Shown one piece after another: positions 45,218 to 56,619 of a DNA stretch of 64,000 bases. The notes below the pieces were generated by a model. That model had not been told where the DNA came from and searched no databases. It was given only the letters and a program-made list of their open reading frames with translations. Each line of letters begins with the position of its first letter. The stretch's first letter is position 1. Both the position numbers and the translations under genes were made by a program. Source of the DNA: Azolla caroliniana (taxonomy: Eukaryota; Plantae; Polypodiophyta); NCBI GenBank assembly GCA_043228905.1, contig JBHGNT010000013.1, positions 7,812,001 through 7,876,000 on the forward strand, in the 5' to 3' direction.

Positions 45218-48020
45218 CTCCTTGCCACCCGCCTTCACGTCGGGTTCACCAACTGTGTCGTGCCTTTCGGCTCCGGATCGTTGCGTGAGTCGGGTGGGAA
45301 CCACTGAGGTTTTGGACTAAGAGAAAGAAAAATACAAATAAGGCTAGTAAAGAATAGGTATAAAGAGTTATAAGATAAGAATCTCGTGAATCCCACGAGT
45401 TTAGTATATTTAGTCAATATTTAGGTAGTAAGAGAGAATTATTTTAGCAAATTCGTGAATCCCACGAACATTTTAGATTGATTGATCATTATAGAAAAAT
45501 AATCAACAAAAACTACAATGTGCTCCCCATCCTTATATAGTGATGGGAGAGACTAAGCATAGCTACATGCTTTTTCTCATATGTTCATGCACACTAAATG
45601 TGCATGTGATGCTTTTCTAATCCTTGCTTTTATTTGCTAAATATAGTGCTCATGCACGCTAGATGTGCATGAGTCACTTTTTAGTCGCTTGCGTTTTTCT
45701 ATAAAATATTCACGCACTCTAAAAATACATGATTTACCTTTTAATAAAGGTAGGCGCAAATAAATCACTTATGGTTATTAAATCTATTTATAGAGCACTA
45801 AAGATAAGGTAGCATAATGGTAAAGTTGAGGTTTGGCTACGTGGAGGTACAGGGTTCGAATCTTGCCCTATGCACGTGATAAATATCTTGATATTCTTAT
45901 TTTATTTATTGGTGATAAATATCTTAATATTCTTATTTTATTTATTTATATGTAATTAAATCGGTTATATTATTTTTTACTTTTTCACGTAGTGTACGAA
46001 ATACACTACGACACCGTCACTGACACGGCGGAGGAGCCCATACAATAATTATTAAGCTGGGGGCCACTATTATTAAGTAATCATGTATTTAACCATTAAA
46101 AAAAAAAAAGAGAGAACGTACTATTTCCCCCTCACGGACTCCCCCTCCCCCACACCAAGCGAATCAACACCTACGCCACGATCCGCGAAACGACAGCTAG
46201 CAAAGTTAGCTACCACCGAATGGGAGGAAGAAGCACAACCTTCTCCTACCACCCAGCGGAGGACACAAAAGGAGCCACCAGCCAAATACGCAGAGACGCA
46301 ACCCTCCACAACTATTAGAGATCTAAGTACTAAAGTAAGCTTAAGATAAGGATAAACAAATGATAGATAGAAAGGAGAAAGAGAAACAAGGGTGCCGATC
46401 CACCTGACCACCCTTGAGCGAAGGGATCGAGACGGACTCGAGCCTCGATCGGCGTCCCATACCACCGCCGTGGCGTCGAGTTGTACATGGTGCTGGCACG
46501 CTCGCTACAAGAGTTGACCCACCACAAGAGCAGAGTCTCGATGTAGTCAAAAGATGATCAAATGAGGGTAGCTAGGCCTCTTATTTATAGCGATACCCAA
46601 GGCCCCCAGGCAAGTTCACACTTGACCTAATGGGTTGTCTCAATCCCGAGGATTAAAAGTAATCCTCCCCTTCTTTACACTCTCGTTTAACCCTCACACT
46701 TATCCACGTGTATAGAATACTACGGTAAATTCTCACCACGAGATATTAAATGGTCATGCCTAAACCCTTTAAAACATTGCACTCTTGCAATGGAAAGTTA
46801 GGGAAATTAGTTCTGAGAGTATTTTCGTGTTCCCATGTGGCATCTTTTATTGATTTATCCATCCATTTTATTTTAAATTCTTGGATTTCTTTAGTACGTA
46901 ATTTTTTTGTTTTAACATCGAGAATTCTTTCTGGTACATGTGGTTTAGAAGATAATTCTTCAGAAGTAACCAGAGTTTCAGTTTTAACTGTATTGTCGCT
47001 AGAACCTAGAAGTTCTTTTAGACGACTCACATGAAAGACTGGATGAATTCCGACACCATCGGGAAGAGCAAGACGATTGGCTGATGACCCAATGCGTTTG
47101 AGGACTGTAAAAGGTCCACAAAACCGTGGGGCTAACTTAGCGCACTTACTCGTAGACAATGTCTTAGAATTGTGAGGTACACGTAAAAATACCTTCTGTC
47201 CAGGGTTGAATACACGAGGTTGCCTGTGACGATCGGCATAAAAACGCGCTTTATCTTGAGCTGTTTTTATATTATCTCGTGCAATATGCAACATATCTTG
47301 CATATCCCGAAGAAATTTTTGCGTACTTCGCAACTCATCATGATGTATATTAACATCAATCGGGGCTCGTGGCTGAAAACCATACATCAACATAAAAGGA
47401 CTATATCCCGTCGACGTATGCTTGGAGCTTTTATAAGCAAACTCCAAAATTGGGAGATAACATTCCCATTTTGTTGGTTTTGCACCAACGTATGCTCGAA
47501 GCATGTCCTCAATAATTTGATTTACTCGTTCTGTCTGTCCATCGGATTGAGGATGATCCGTGGAGCTCATGCTCAACGTAGTTTCTAACTTCTTAAAGAC
47601 TTGCGTCCAGAAGTCACTAGTAAACTTTGGATCTCGATCACTCACGATATCCATCGGTAACCCATAAAAACGAAACAATTCGTCAACGAATTGGTAAGCC
47701 AATTCAGGAGCTGTTACCGTGGTTTTAGTCATGGATATACTTTCCCACTTATTATTGGGAATGTCCAAGGGATGTAAAAGTCATGCGGCTTTAAGTCGCT
47801 CAGCTTTGTTAACCTGACAGTGGTGACATTTAGTCACATAGCTATGTATGTCATGACGCATCTTAGGCCAATAAAATTGAGTGGAGATGAGAACAAGTGT
47901 ACGATGTATTCCAGGGTGCCCTGCTGAGGGTGCATCATGGCATTCAAAAAGAATCCTCTTTTTGACCTCGGGTAAATCTGGAACACAAACCTTCCCATTA
48001 CGGTAGAGCAAACCGTTAGC

Positions 48021-50034
48021 AATGTGGAAGTATTCCTTCGAGGATGTGATGGTGTCTGTTCCAGACTCAACTCTCGCCCAGTATTTTGCAAAATAATTGT
48101 CATCAGGATACTTTCCTCGAAGGTGATTATAAAGATCGGATGTTATTTCAGTGAGGCTAAGCATGTTAAATTCACGGATGCGACTTAGTGCATCAGCGAT
48201 AGTGTTCATGGAACCTTTACAATATCGTAGGGAGAAATCAAAGTCCTGGGTGAGATTAGCCCATCGTGCCTTACGACCTTTCAGGTCTTGTTGGTCACAA
48301 AAATATTTCAAGGACTCGTGGTTCGTAGTTATCAAAAAGCGATTTCCATAAAGATAATGGCGCCATGTTTTGAGCGCATGTACAACTGCAAATAACTCCT
48401 TTTCTTGAACGGTATACCGACATTGAGCAGAATCAAGTTTCTTACTCTCGAATGCTATTGGTTTACCATCTTGATATAAGACAGCACCTATAGCATAATC
48501 GCTTGCATCGGTTTCAACCTCAAAAGGTTTTGAAGGATCAGGTAAAAGAAGTGAAGGAGCCTTGCAAACCAGGTCCTTGAGTTCCTTAAACGCAAGTCTA
48601 GTGTAGCATTCCACACAATAGGTTTTGTAAACTTACGCATTTGACCTTTTAAAAGATCAGTAAACGGCGTCGTCAATTGGGAGTAATTACAAAGAGACTT
48701 TCGCAAAAACCCGACAAAACCAAGGAATGATCGAACTTCTCGAATATTCTAAAGAGTGGGCCAAAGCTTGATTTTCTCAATGCGAGAAGGATCAATTTCA
48801 ACTCCTGGTTCGGTTATGAGATGTCCAAGATAAGTAATTTATTTTTTGAAGAACTCACATTTTGAGATCTTCGCATAAAATTTTTTGTCACGCAATGTTT
48901 GTAAAACAAAGCGGACATGTCTAGCATGTTCTTGTAATGTATGGCTATAAACTAAAATATCATCCAAGAAAATAACGACAAATTTTCCAAGTTGTTCTCA
49001 GAAAATGTCATTCATTTCTTGTTGAAAATGTGGAAGTATTCCTTCGAGGATGTGGTGGTGTCTGTTCTAGACTCAACTCTTGCCCAGTATTTTGCAAAAT
49101 AACTGTCATCAGGATACTTTCCTCGAAGGTGATCATAAAGATCTGATGTTATTTCAGTGAAGCTAAGCATGTTAACTTCACGGATGCGACTTAGTGCATC
49201 AGCGACAGTGTTCATGGAACCTTTACGATATCGTATGGAAAAATCAAAGTCCTGGATGAGATCAGCCCATCGTGCCTTACGACCTTTCAGGTCTTGTTGG
49301 TCACAAAAATATTTCAAGGACTCGTGGTCCGTAGTTACCACAAAGCGATTTCCATAAAGATAATGGCGCCATGTTTTGAGCGCATGTATAACTGCAAATA
49401 ATTCCTTTTCTTGAATGGTATACCGACATTGAGCAGAATCAAGTTTCTTACTCTCGAATGCTATTGGTTTACCATCTTGATACAAGATAGCACCTATAGC
49501 ATAATCGCTTGCATCGGTTTCACCTCAAAAGGTTTTGAAGGATCAGGTAAAAGAAGTGAAGGAGCCTTGCAAACCAGGTCCTTGAGTTCCTTAAAGGCGA
49601 GGTCTAGTGTAGCATTCCACACAATAGGTTTTGTAGACTTATGCATTTGACCTTTTAAAAGATCAGTAAACGGCGTCGTCAATTGGGAGTAATTACGAAG
49701 AGACTTTCGCAAAAACCCGACAAAACCAAGGAATGATCGAACTTCTCGAATATTCCGAAGAGTGGGCCAAAGCTTGATTTTCTCAATGCGAGAAGGATCA
49801 ATTTCAACTCCTCGTTCGGTTATGAGATGCCCTAGATAAGTAATTGATTTCTTGAAGAACTCACATTTTGAGATCTTTGCATAAAACTGTTTGTCACGCA
49901 ATGTTTGTAAAACAAAGTGGACATGTCTAGCATGTTCTTGTAATGTACAGCTATAAACTAAAATATCATCCAAGAAAATAACGACAAATTTTCCAAGTTG
50001 TTCTCGGAAAATGTCATTCATTTCTTGTTGAAAA
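48021..50034 (-). repeat. ~1006-bp tandem duplication of the RT end and RNase H inside the chromovirus
   Basis: AATGTGGAAGTATTCC at 48021 and 49027; duplicated RNase H ORFs 47781..48614 and 49012..49485. Confidence 0.92.
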
Positions 50035-50925
50035 GTAGCCGGAGCATTGGTCAAACCAAAAGGCATAACCAAAAACTCGTAATGGCCATAGCGCGTACGA
50101 AATGTCGTTTTAGGAACATTGCCCTCACTTATTCGTATTTGATGGTAGCCAGTACGGAGATCAAGTTTCGTAAAATACCGAGCTCCTTGGAGATGGTCAA
50201 TTAGATCGTTAGCCCGGGGCAATGGGTACGAATTCTTGATCGTCACTTTATTCAAGCGTCGGTAATTAATACACATACGCCATGTGCCCTCTTTCTTTTT
50301 AACCAAGAGAACTGGTGCACCCCATGGAGATTTACTATAACGTATATAACCCATTCGTAAATAGTCCTTGAGTTGCTTAGATACCTCATCTTCTTCGGAT
50401 CGACTTAAGCGATACGGAGGTATACTTATTGGTGTAACACCAAGTACAATATCTATACGATGGTGTATATTACATTTAGAAGGTAACCCATCAGGTAGTT
50501 CACTTGGAAAAACATCATGAAAATCATTTAAGATTTCATCAAGTTGTTGTTGTTCAAAATATGTTAATTGAACCGGGACATTATCGATATTGTAAGTGGG
50601 TCAAGCCCTACGTACTCAACATCATTATGGCTATTGGCGTTTCTTTACGTAACGAAATCGAGGTCATCAACGGGGTTATCAACAATAAAAAATTGTTGAA
50701 AAAGGGATGATGACAACGCCATTCTCACAAAAATGTGAGGACGGCCACCAACATCCTTTTCCCGATAAGGACAACTTTCGATATAATCACGTAATAACGA
50801 ATATACACATATGTTTACTTATCACATATATACGATCAAATACGTATATATGTGACCACATATGCCTATATTAAACATATCGTTATATTAAATAGCCACA
50901 AATGATGTGATCGAGATACGTAATC

Positions 50926-51168
50926 GAGGTATATACCTCTACGCACACGAAACATCCACAAATAAGAGATCATCGTAATACGCAATTGAGGTATTGACCT
51001 CTTACGCATACGAGACCAACCGCATATCGTTTACAACAAATCAAGGTATTAAACTCATACGCAAACATAACATATGTTCGTGAACGTAATACATAATTGA
51101 GGTATTAACCTCGTACGCATACGACACTCATCACATATTATTAATATGTCAAACGAGGTATTGACCTC
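50926..51168. repeat. Array of five GAGGT-N4-ACCTC hairpin repeats with unique spacers in the chromovirus 5' leader
   Basis: Copies at 50926, 50988, 51043 (degenerate), 51099 and 51155; spacing 62/55/56/56 bp. Confidence 0.8.
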
Positions 51169-51885
51169 GTGCACATATGTAAACGTTTTAGATAATCAAT
51201 TAAAGACCACTACAACATCATTGACTTAATGAAAAAAAAGACATATAAACTAAACACATGATTAGATGGGAGAAGAGAGGATAGAAAAAAAAAATCTGGA
51301 AAGAGTTACCGAAGTTCTTTGTTGATCGTTGTCTGGATCAAGGCCGACCGCACATCGATCGATCACCATCAATCAAACGACAAATGAAAAACAAAGAAAC
51401 ATTAGTACATAAATCTGATACCAAATATTAGAGATCTAAGTACTAAAGTAAGCTTAAGATAAGGATAAACAAATGATAGATAGAAAGGAGAAAGAGAAAC
51501 AAGGGTGCCGATCCACCCGACCACCCCCGAGCAAAGGGATCGAGACGGACTCGAGCCTCGATCGGCGTCCCATACCACCGCCGTGGCGTCGAGTCGTACC
51601 TGGTGCTGGCACGCTCGCTACAAGAGTTGACCCACCACAAGAGCAGAGTCTCGATGTAGTCAAAAGATGATCAAATGAGGGTAGCTAGGCCTCTTATTTA
51701 TAGCGATACCCAAGGCCCCCAGGCAAGTTCACACTTGACCTAATGGGTTGTCTCAATCCCGAGGATTAAAAGTAATCCTCCCCTTCTTTACACTCTCGTT
51801 TAACCCTCACACTTATCCACGTGTATAGAATACTACGGTAAATTCTCACCACGGGATATTAAATGGTCATGCCCGTAACAACAAC

Positions 51886-52933
51886 AGTAGCAGAGGAAGA
51901 GCCCGCCGGTGACAGTTCCAGACCCAAACGGCAAAGATTTGACTCAAAGGACGGCCGGGGATTGGTAAAAGATATGGTTGTCCCCACCGAGACGACCGAC
52001 CCCGCAGAGCCCACTACGACACTTGAGATATCCCACGAACCGCGACCCATCATTAAGGCACAATCTCAGCGGGGCAAAGGAGTGTTTACATCGGAAAGTG
52101 AAGTCCTGACTTATCTTGACATTCCGGACACGGCACATGAGATCAGTGTGTTATTACAGTATGGTACCACGTATGAGCTCATGGAATTTCTAGCGACTCA
52201 ACAGATCAAGGTGTCGCAGCGAATGGCCGAAGAACACGCAGAGTTGTAGATGGTAGAGCGCGCGCTAATGCAAACAACGGAAACCGAGGATGAGGCGCCT
52301 CTAGCCAAGGTAGGCAAGCAGCGGAGTGCGGGGATTCGGCGTATGGGCATTGAACTACCCCCATTGAATGTGGCCCTAGTCGAGGCACATCGGGAATTCG
52401 CTAGAGTTAGTATGGGGGCCAAGGATATGGCTATCAAGAATAAAAACGTTTGGAAAACAGTCAAGTTGACTCAAGCCCAATTACAGAAGGCCCAAGAGCG
52501 CATTACGGAGCCAGAACACACCGTCACTATGGCACCGCAAAACCCCGAACTAGCAGCAGGTGATGACACATCGATAACCCTACAAGAGGAGATTGCAGCA
52601 CAAAAGGCCATCGCTGCTAAAGCAAAAAGGGCTACGCAGCTTGCGGAGTTCGAGATTGACCGCCTCCGCGCCGAATTCCACCAATCCTCTGACAGAGAAA
52701 TGGACATCCGGGCCAAAGGCCAAAGGGCAGTGAAGGCACTCGAAGAGAAACTTGACACGGAGGCAACAACGCACACTAGCACGAAAGAAGAAAACACCAA
52801 GCTACGGGAAGAAGCCCAAAAGTCGGAAGCGGCAATCTCAGGACTCCATGAGTTATTGGAAAAGAAGAAAGCGTGGTACGATGAGCAACTCGTACGGGAA
52901 CAGCTTGCCCACAGACAGAAGCGCCAAACGTAG
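51886..52933 (+). pseudogene. Extra ORF downstream of gypsy pol, coiled-coil rich (N-part at ~46083-46312; one stop at 52247-52249)
   Basis: ORFs 51863..52249 and 52250..52933 are in the same frame; E/K/A/Q-rich helical sequence; continues from ...AETQPSTT across the TSD. Confidence 0.6.
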
Positions 52934-53638
52934 TAGACAAGAGCGAGCCAGCAGAGCCGGCTCCGACCACAAAGGGAGAAGTGGACAACATAGAAACCCC
53001 CACGCCGGCCAAAGAGGAACAGGATGCGCAACAGAGCAACGAAGCACCGACGGACACTACGCCATCTCCGGACCAGAACGTGCGAGCGGAGCCGAACATC
53101 CTGGACATCTAGGAGGACGAATAGAGGGATGGGTCCGACGTGCCATGGCACTGTCCCACAGGCGTGCCAGGTGTTGTCCGCCGGAATTGTAACCGCCAGA
53201 CAGAATGCGTAATTCGATTAGAAGTGTTAAAGAAAAGAAATGTAACAGTTCACGCGGGAAGTGTGAACGGCTAAACGCCCTGTGTATATAAAGAGCAAAA
53301 ATCCTCTGTAAGAGGTAACGTGTAATTTTTAAGCGTGAGGTTCTTTCTTTTCTAATAGGATGTTATATTCTCTCATTTTCTGTGTCTGTGCAACTCGTGT
53401 TGTCTTGTGTGATCTCTGTACTATTCATAAGTGCGTTTTTGAAAGCGTAGGGTAAGAGGCAACGTAGTATCACACTCAGGTTCTCGGTCGCAGCCATGAA
53501 CCTTCACCCATAGATACGCATTATTATGCAACCAACGGAGTACGTCTCAAGCTTCATGTAATAGCATACCTTGTCACGCAATCACCTTGAGGTCTATCTC
53601 AAAGGACTAAAGATAAACAGTGTTCCGTATCGGTAACA

Positions 53639-56613
53639 CTCCTTACCGACTTCAACTCCCGACGAAGACCCGATTCCGGAAGATGAGGCTAGTGAGCCCG
53701 AGGAGGTCCAAGTAGAAGATGAAGATTTTGGCACTCTAGAAGAGAGTCTGATTTCATTCCGGTTGAGTGGACCGAATGAGCGGCTGAGTCGGGATAACTA
53801 GTCGAATGAAGAACCGGCGAATAGTGGAGACTCTGTCGTGCTCTCCCCGCGCAAGGAACCAAGGAGACGGTACACGCGCAAAGAGAAGGGGAAGAAGAAG
53901 AAGCCGGAATACGAAACCGGCAACGTTGAGTCGGATCGAAGTGCATCTAACTCCGGAAAGGATGAAGGCGGATATTTGGGAACGAAGTCTGAACCAGCCA
54001 AGAAGGGCCCCAAACCGGGTGATACCAAGTTACGTCGATCTTCCCGCCTGAAGAATCTCGTTACACGGTACGGGTACAATGAGTACATGGTGCATCACTA
54101 TGCGTACATGACCAAAGTGGCAGAAGTGCGTGAGCCAGAGAGCTACGCAAAAGTGGCAAAGGACGCAAATTGGCGTACCACTATGGAAGAAGAAATGTGG
54201 GCACTCAATGGCAACGACACATGGGACCTCGTTGACCCTTCCCGACACTGTAAACCGATCAGTTGCAAATGGTTGTATAAGGTAAAGTACAATGCCGACT
54301 GTTCAGTTAACCAGTACAAGGCTCGGTTAGTGGTGAAGGGATACGCACAGACCCATGGAATCGACTACGACGAGACCTTCGCTCCGGTAGCGAAGATGAC
54401 GACGGTTCGTGTGGTACTAGTGGTTGTTGCATCAAGGGGGTGGCATCTTCACCAGATGGACGTGAAGAATGTGTTTCTTCAAGATGACCTTGAAGAACGG
54501 GTCTATATGATCCAACCTCCCGATTTTCAGTCGCAGATGAAGAAGTCGGTTGTGTGTCGTCTTAAGAAGTTGCTTTACGGTCTAAAACAAGCCCCCCAAG
54601 CTTGGAATTCGAAGATTACGCACCGGTTGCGTAAGATGGGGTTTGTGACCTCTAAATCCGACTCATAATTGTTCATCCGACAAGGTCCGAACAGTCCGGT
54701 TTGCATCTTGCTTTATGTAGATGATTTGGTCATCACCAGACCCGGACTAAATGAAATCGGCCGAGTAAAGTCCCAGCTGTTGGACGCATTTAAAATGAAG
54801 AACCTGGGGGACCTTCATTATTTTCTTGGGATCAAGGTGATCCGAACTCCCGACGGCATATTGTTCTCACAACGACACTATGTGTTGAATATGTTGTACA
54901 AGTTCGGCATGAAGGACGGAAACCAGAAGCTCTGTCCCAACTCCAGACCGGCCTATGACGAGAAACAGTTTCGACAAATCGTCGGAAGCCTCATATACCT
55001 GACAATCACTCAACCCAACCTCAGTTACCCAGTCAGAGTGATCAGCCAATTCATGCAGAAGCCGACCGTCAAGCACCTTCAGTGCGCACACCGGATACTC
55101 TCGTATGTTAGCGGCATGAAGGATCGGGAACTGTTATACCGACACGGTATAGCTGGGAAGCTAGTCGGATATACTGATGTCGATTGGGCTGGTGATGCAT
55201 TGGATCGCCGATCCACCTCCGATTACATGTTTTCTCTAGGTAGTGCGGATGTTGCGTGGAGCAGCAAAAAGCAGCCAACAGTGGCTCTGTCGAGCACTGA
55301 TGTTGAGTACCGGGGCGCTACCAATGCCACCTATGAAGCCATCTAGCTTCGGCGACTATTGCAAGACCTTCGGATTGAGGTACCGACCCCAATCCTGATC
55401 TACTGTGACAACATGAGCAGCATTCAGCTCACCAAGAACCCCGTGTTCCATGCATGCGTGAGCGAGTTAGGAGTGGTAAAGTTGAACTTCTATATGTTCA
55501 AATGGATCGGCAAGTTGCCGATATCTTCACCAAACCGCTCGGATCAGACAAGTTGCAGCACTTCACCGAAATGCTTGGTGTTCAGCATCTCGACATGCCG
55601 CACTTGAGGGGGAGGAAAGGGAAGGGAAGGGATGGCACCGGACAAAGAGCCGGAGAGGAAGAAAGAACCAACAAAGGGGGAGACAAAGGGAAAAAGGAAG
55701 CCGAGTTGACGAAGGAAGTCGGCACATCCGAACAAGTCGGAACGAGCGGCAATGGCGGCAGAGTCAAGAAGGACAGAGCCGACCGGAAGGAGAAGGCCAA
55801 GACCAGGTCATGATCTGATGTGGTGAAGGGCCTGAAACCGGAAGACGAGTTGGAGAACACCGACTCGGACAAGAGCAGGAATGAATCGGAGACAGTCGAT
55901 TCGCTTCAACAGTTGGATTCTGAGGAGCCGGATCAACTAAAGGCCAAGCGGACACAAACGCAGCGGAAGTTGACACAGCAGAAGTCGACAAGCGCCAGAG
56001 TCGTAGTAGCAAGGGAGCTGAAATGGGCCTATTGAGCAGACAAGACAACCAAGGAGGTCGAGGTGCGTAGAACCAGAAGGGTCTCGGCAAACAGGACCGG
56101 ACCGGACAAGGAGTGCGAGCAAGGAGGAGCAACACCAGAAGGAGCCGGGCAGAAGAACCAGCTGCCACAGACACTAACACCACGATCCGACCTCAAGTTG
56201 AGGTTGAGGGGGAGTGTTGAGCAAGCCAGCTCAACCGGATCTAGATCGGCTGAAGAAGCCTGAGCCGGATCGGTATCCGGAAACAACCGGCCGGATCGTG
56301 GAGACGGATTCGAGCGAGAACTGGAAGCCTAGTAGTAGCTTAGACTACTGGGTAATCATTGTCTCATAGTTGGTGTCAGTCGCACGTAGGAATATTGAAG
56401 TACCTGTCAGTACTTCTATCAGTCCTTTATGGACTTGTATAAATAGTGCTTTTTAGCATGTTGTATATACAGAGTTGTAGAGTTATTTTTTAATACAGTC
56501 TATGTCTCTCCCATATATACTCTCTGTGTTAAGCTTCTCCAAAGAAACCTTCATCTCATTTTCTGATGTTATCTGGTTGAGCCGGTTCTATCTGACGCTT
56601 CCACACATTAACA
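53639..56613 (+). mobile_element. 3' half of a Ty1/copia element (RT, RNase H, 3' extension, PPT, 3' LTR 56215-56613)
   Basis: QMDVKN, LYGLKQAP, LLYVDDLVI, YTDVDWAG, IYCDN; PPT TGAGGGGGAG then TGTTGAG...TTAACA. Confidence 0.92.
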
Positions 56614-56619
56614 TTCACA

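Larger units (their letters stand above)
42573..46013 (-). mobile_element. Young, intact non-autonomous gag-only LTR element; 758-bp LTRs 42573-43330 and 45256-46013
   Basis: 4-bp TSD CCGT (42569-42572, 46014-46017); only ~3 LTR differences seen by eye; perfect tRNA-Trp PBS 45234-45251; PPT GGAGGGGGCGAG. Confidence 0.95.
46313..51880 (-). mobile_element. Chromovirus (Ty3/gypsy with chromodomain), gag/PR deleted; LTRs 46313-~46760 and 51426-51880
   Basis: TSD ACAAC (46308-46312, 51881-51885); PBS TGGTATCAGA 51414-51423; [21 protein letters not shown], RNase [11 protein letters not shown], integrase IVSDRDPKFTS, GPF motif, chromodomain PERILD...KIKW...DATWE. Confidence 0.94.
38776..53638 (+). 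mobile_element. Non-chromovirus-type Ty3/gypsy element (gag end, PR, RT, RH, IN, extra 3' coiled-coil ORF, probable 3' LTR ~53241-53638), interrupted at 42573-46013 and 46313-51880
   Basis: CQQPGHYVTEC, IVDGGSSVNVIS, FLDGFSGYNQ, FLDDF, VDASEIAIG, WGLDFVGP...YYPQANGLVE, WIGPY; sequence resumes across both TSDs; LTR candidate TGTAAC...GTAACA with TATATAAA. Confidence 0.82.

Noticed and set aside
45218-45304. N-terminal 29 aa of the 681-aa ORF
   Set aside because: Starts at a non-ATG codon inside the LTR and crosses the PBS; the first ATG at 45217 is the more plausible start
47081-49115. Additional CTGATGA motifs (47081 +; ~48100 and ~49106 -) as hammerheads
   Set aside because: They lie in pol coding sequence with no stem II + GAAA + NUH arrangement
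50926-51175. CRISPR array
   Set aside because: Eukaryotic retrotransposon leader, degenerate repeats, no cas genes
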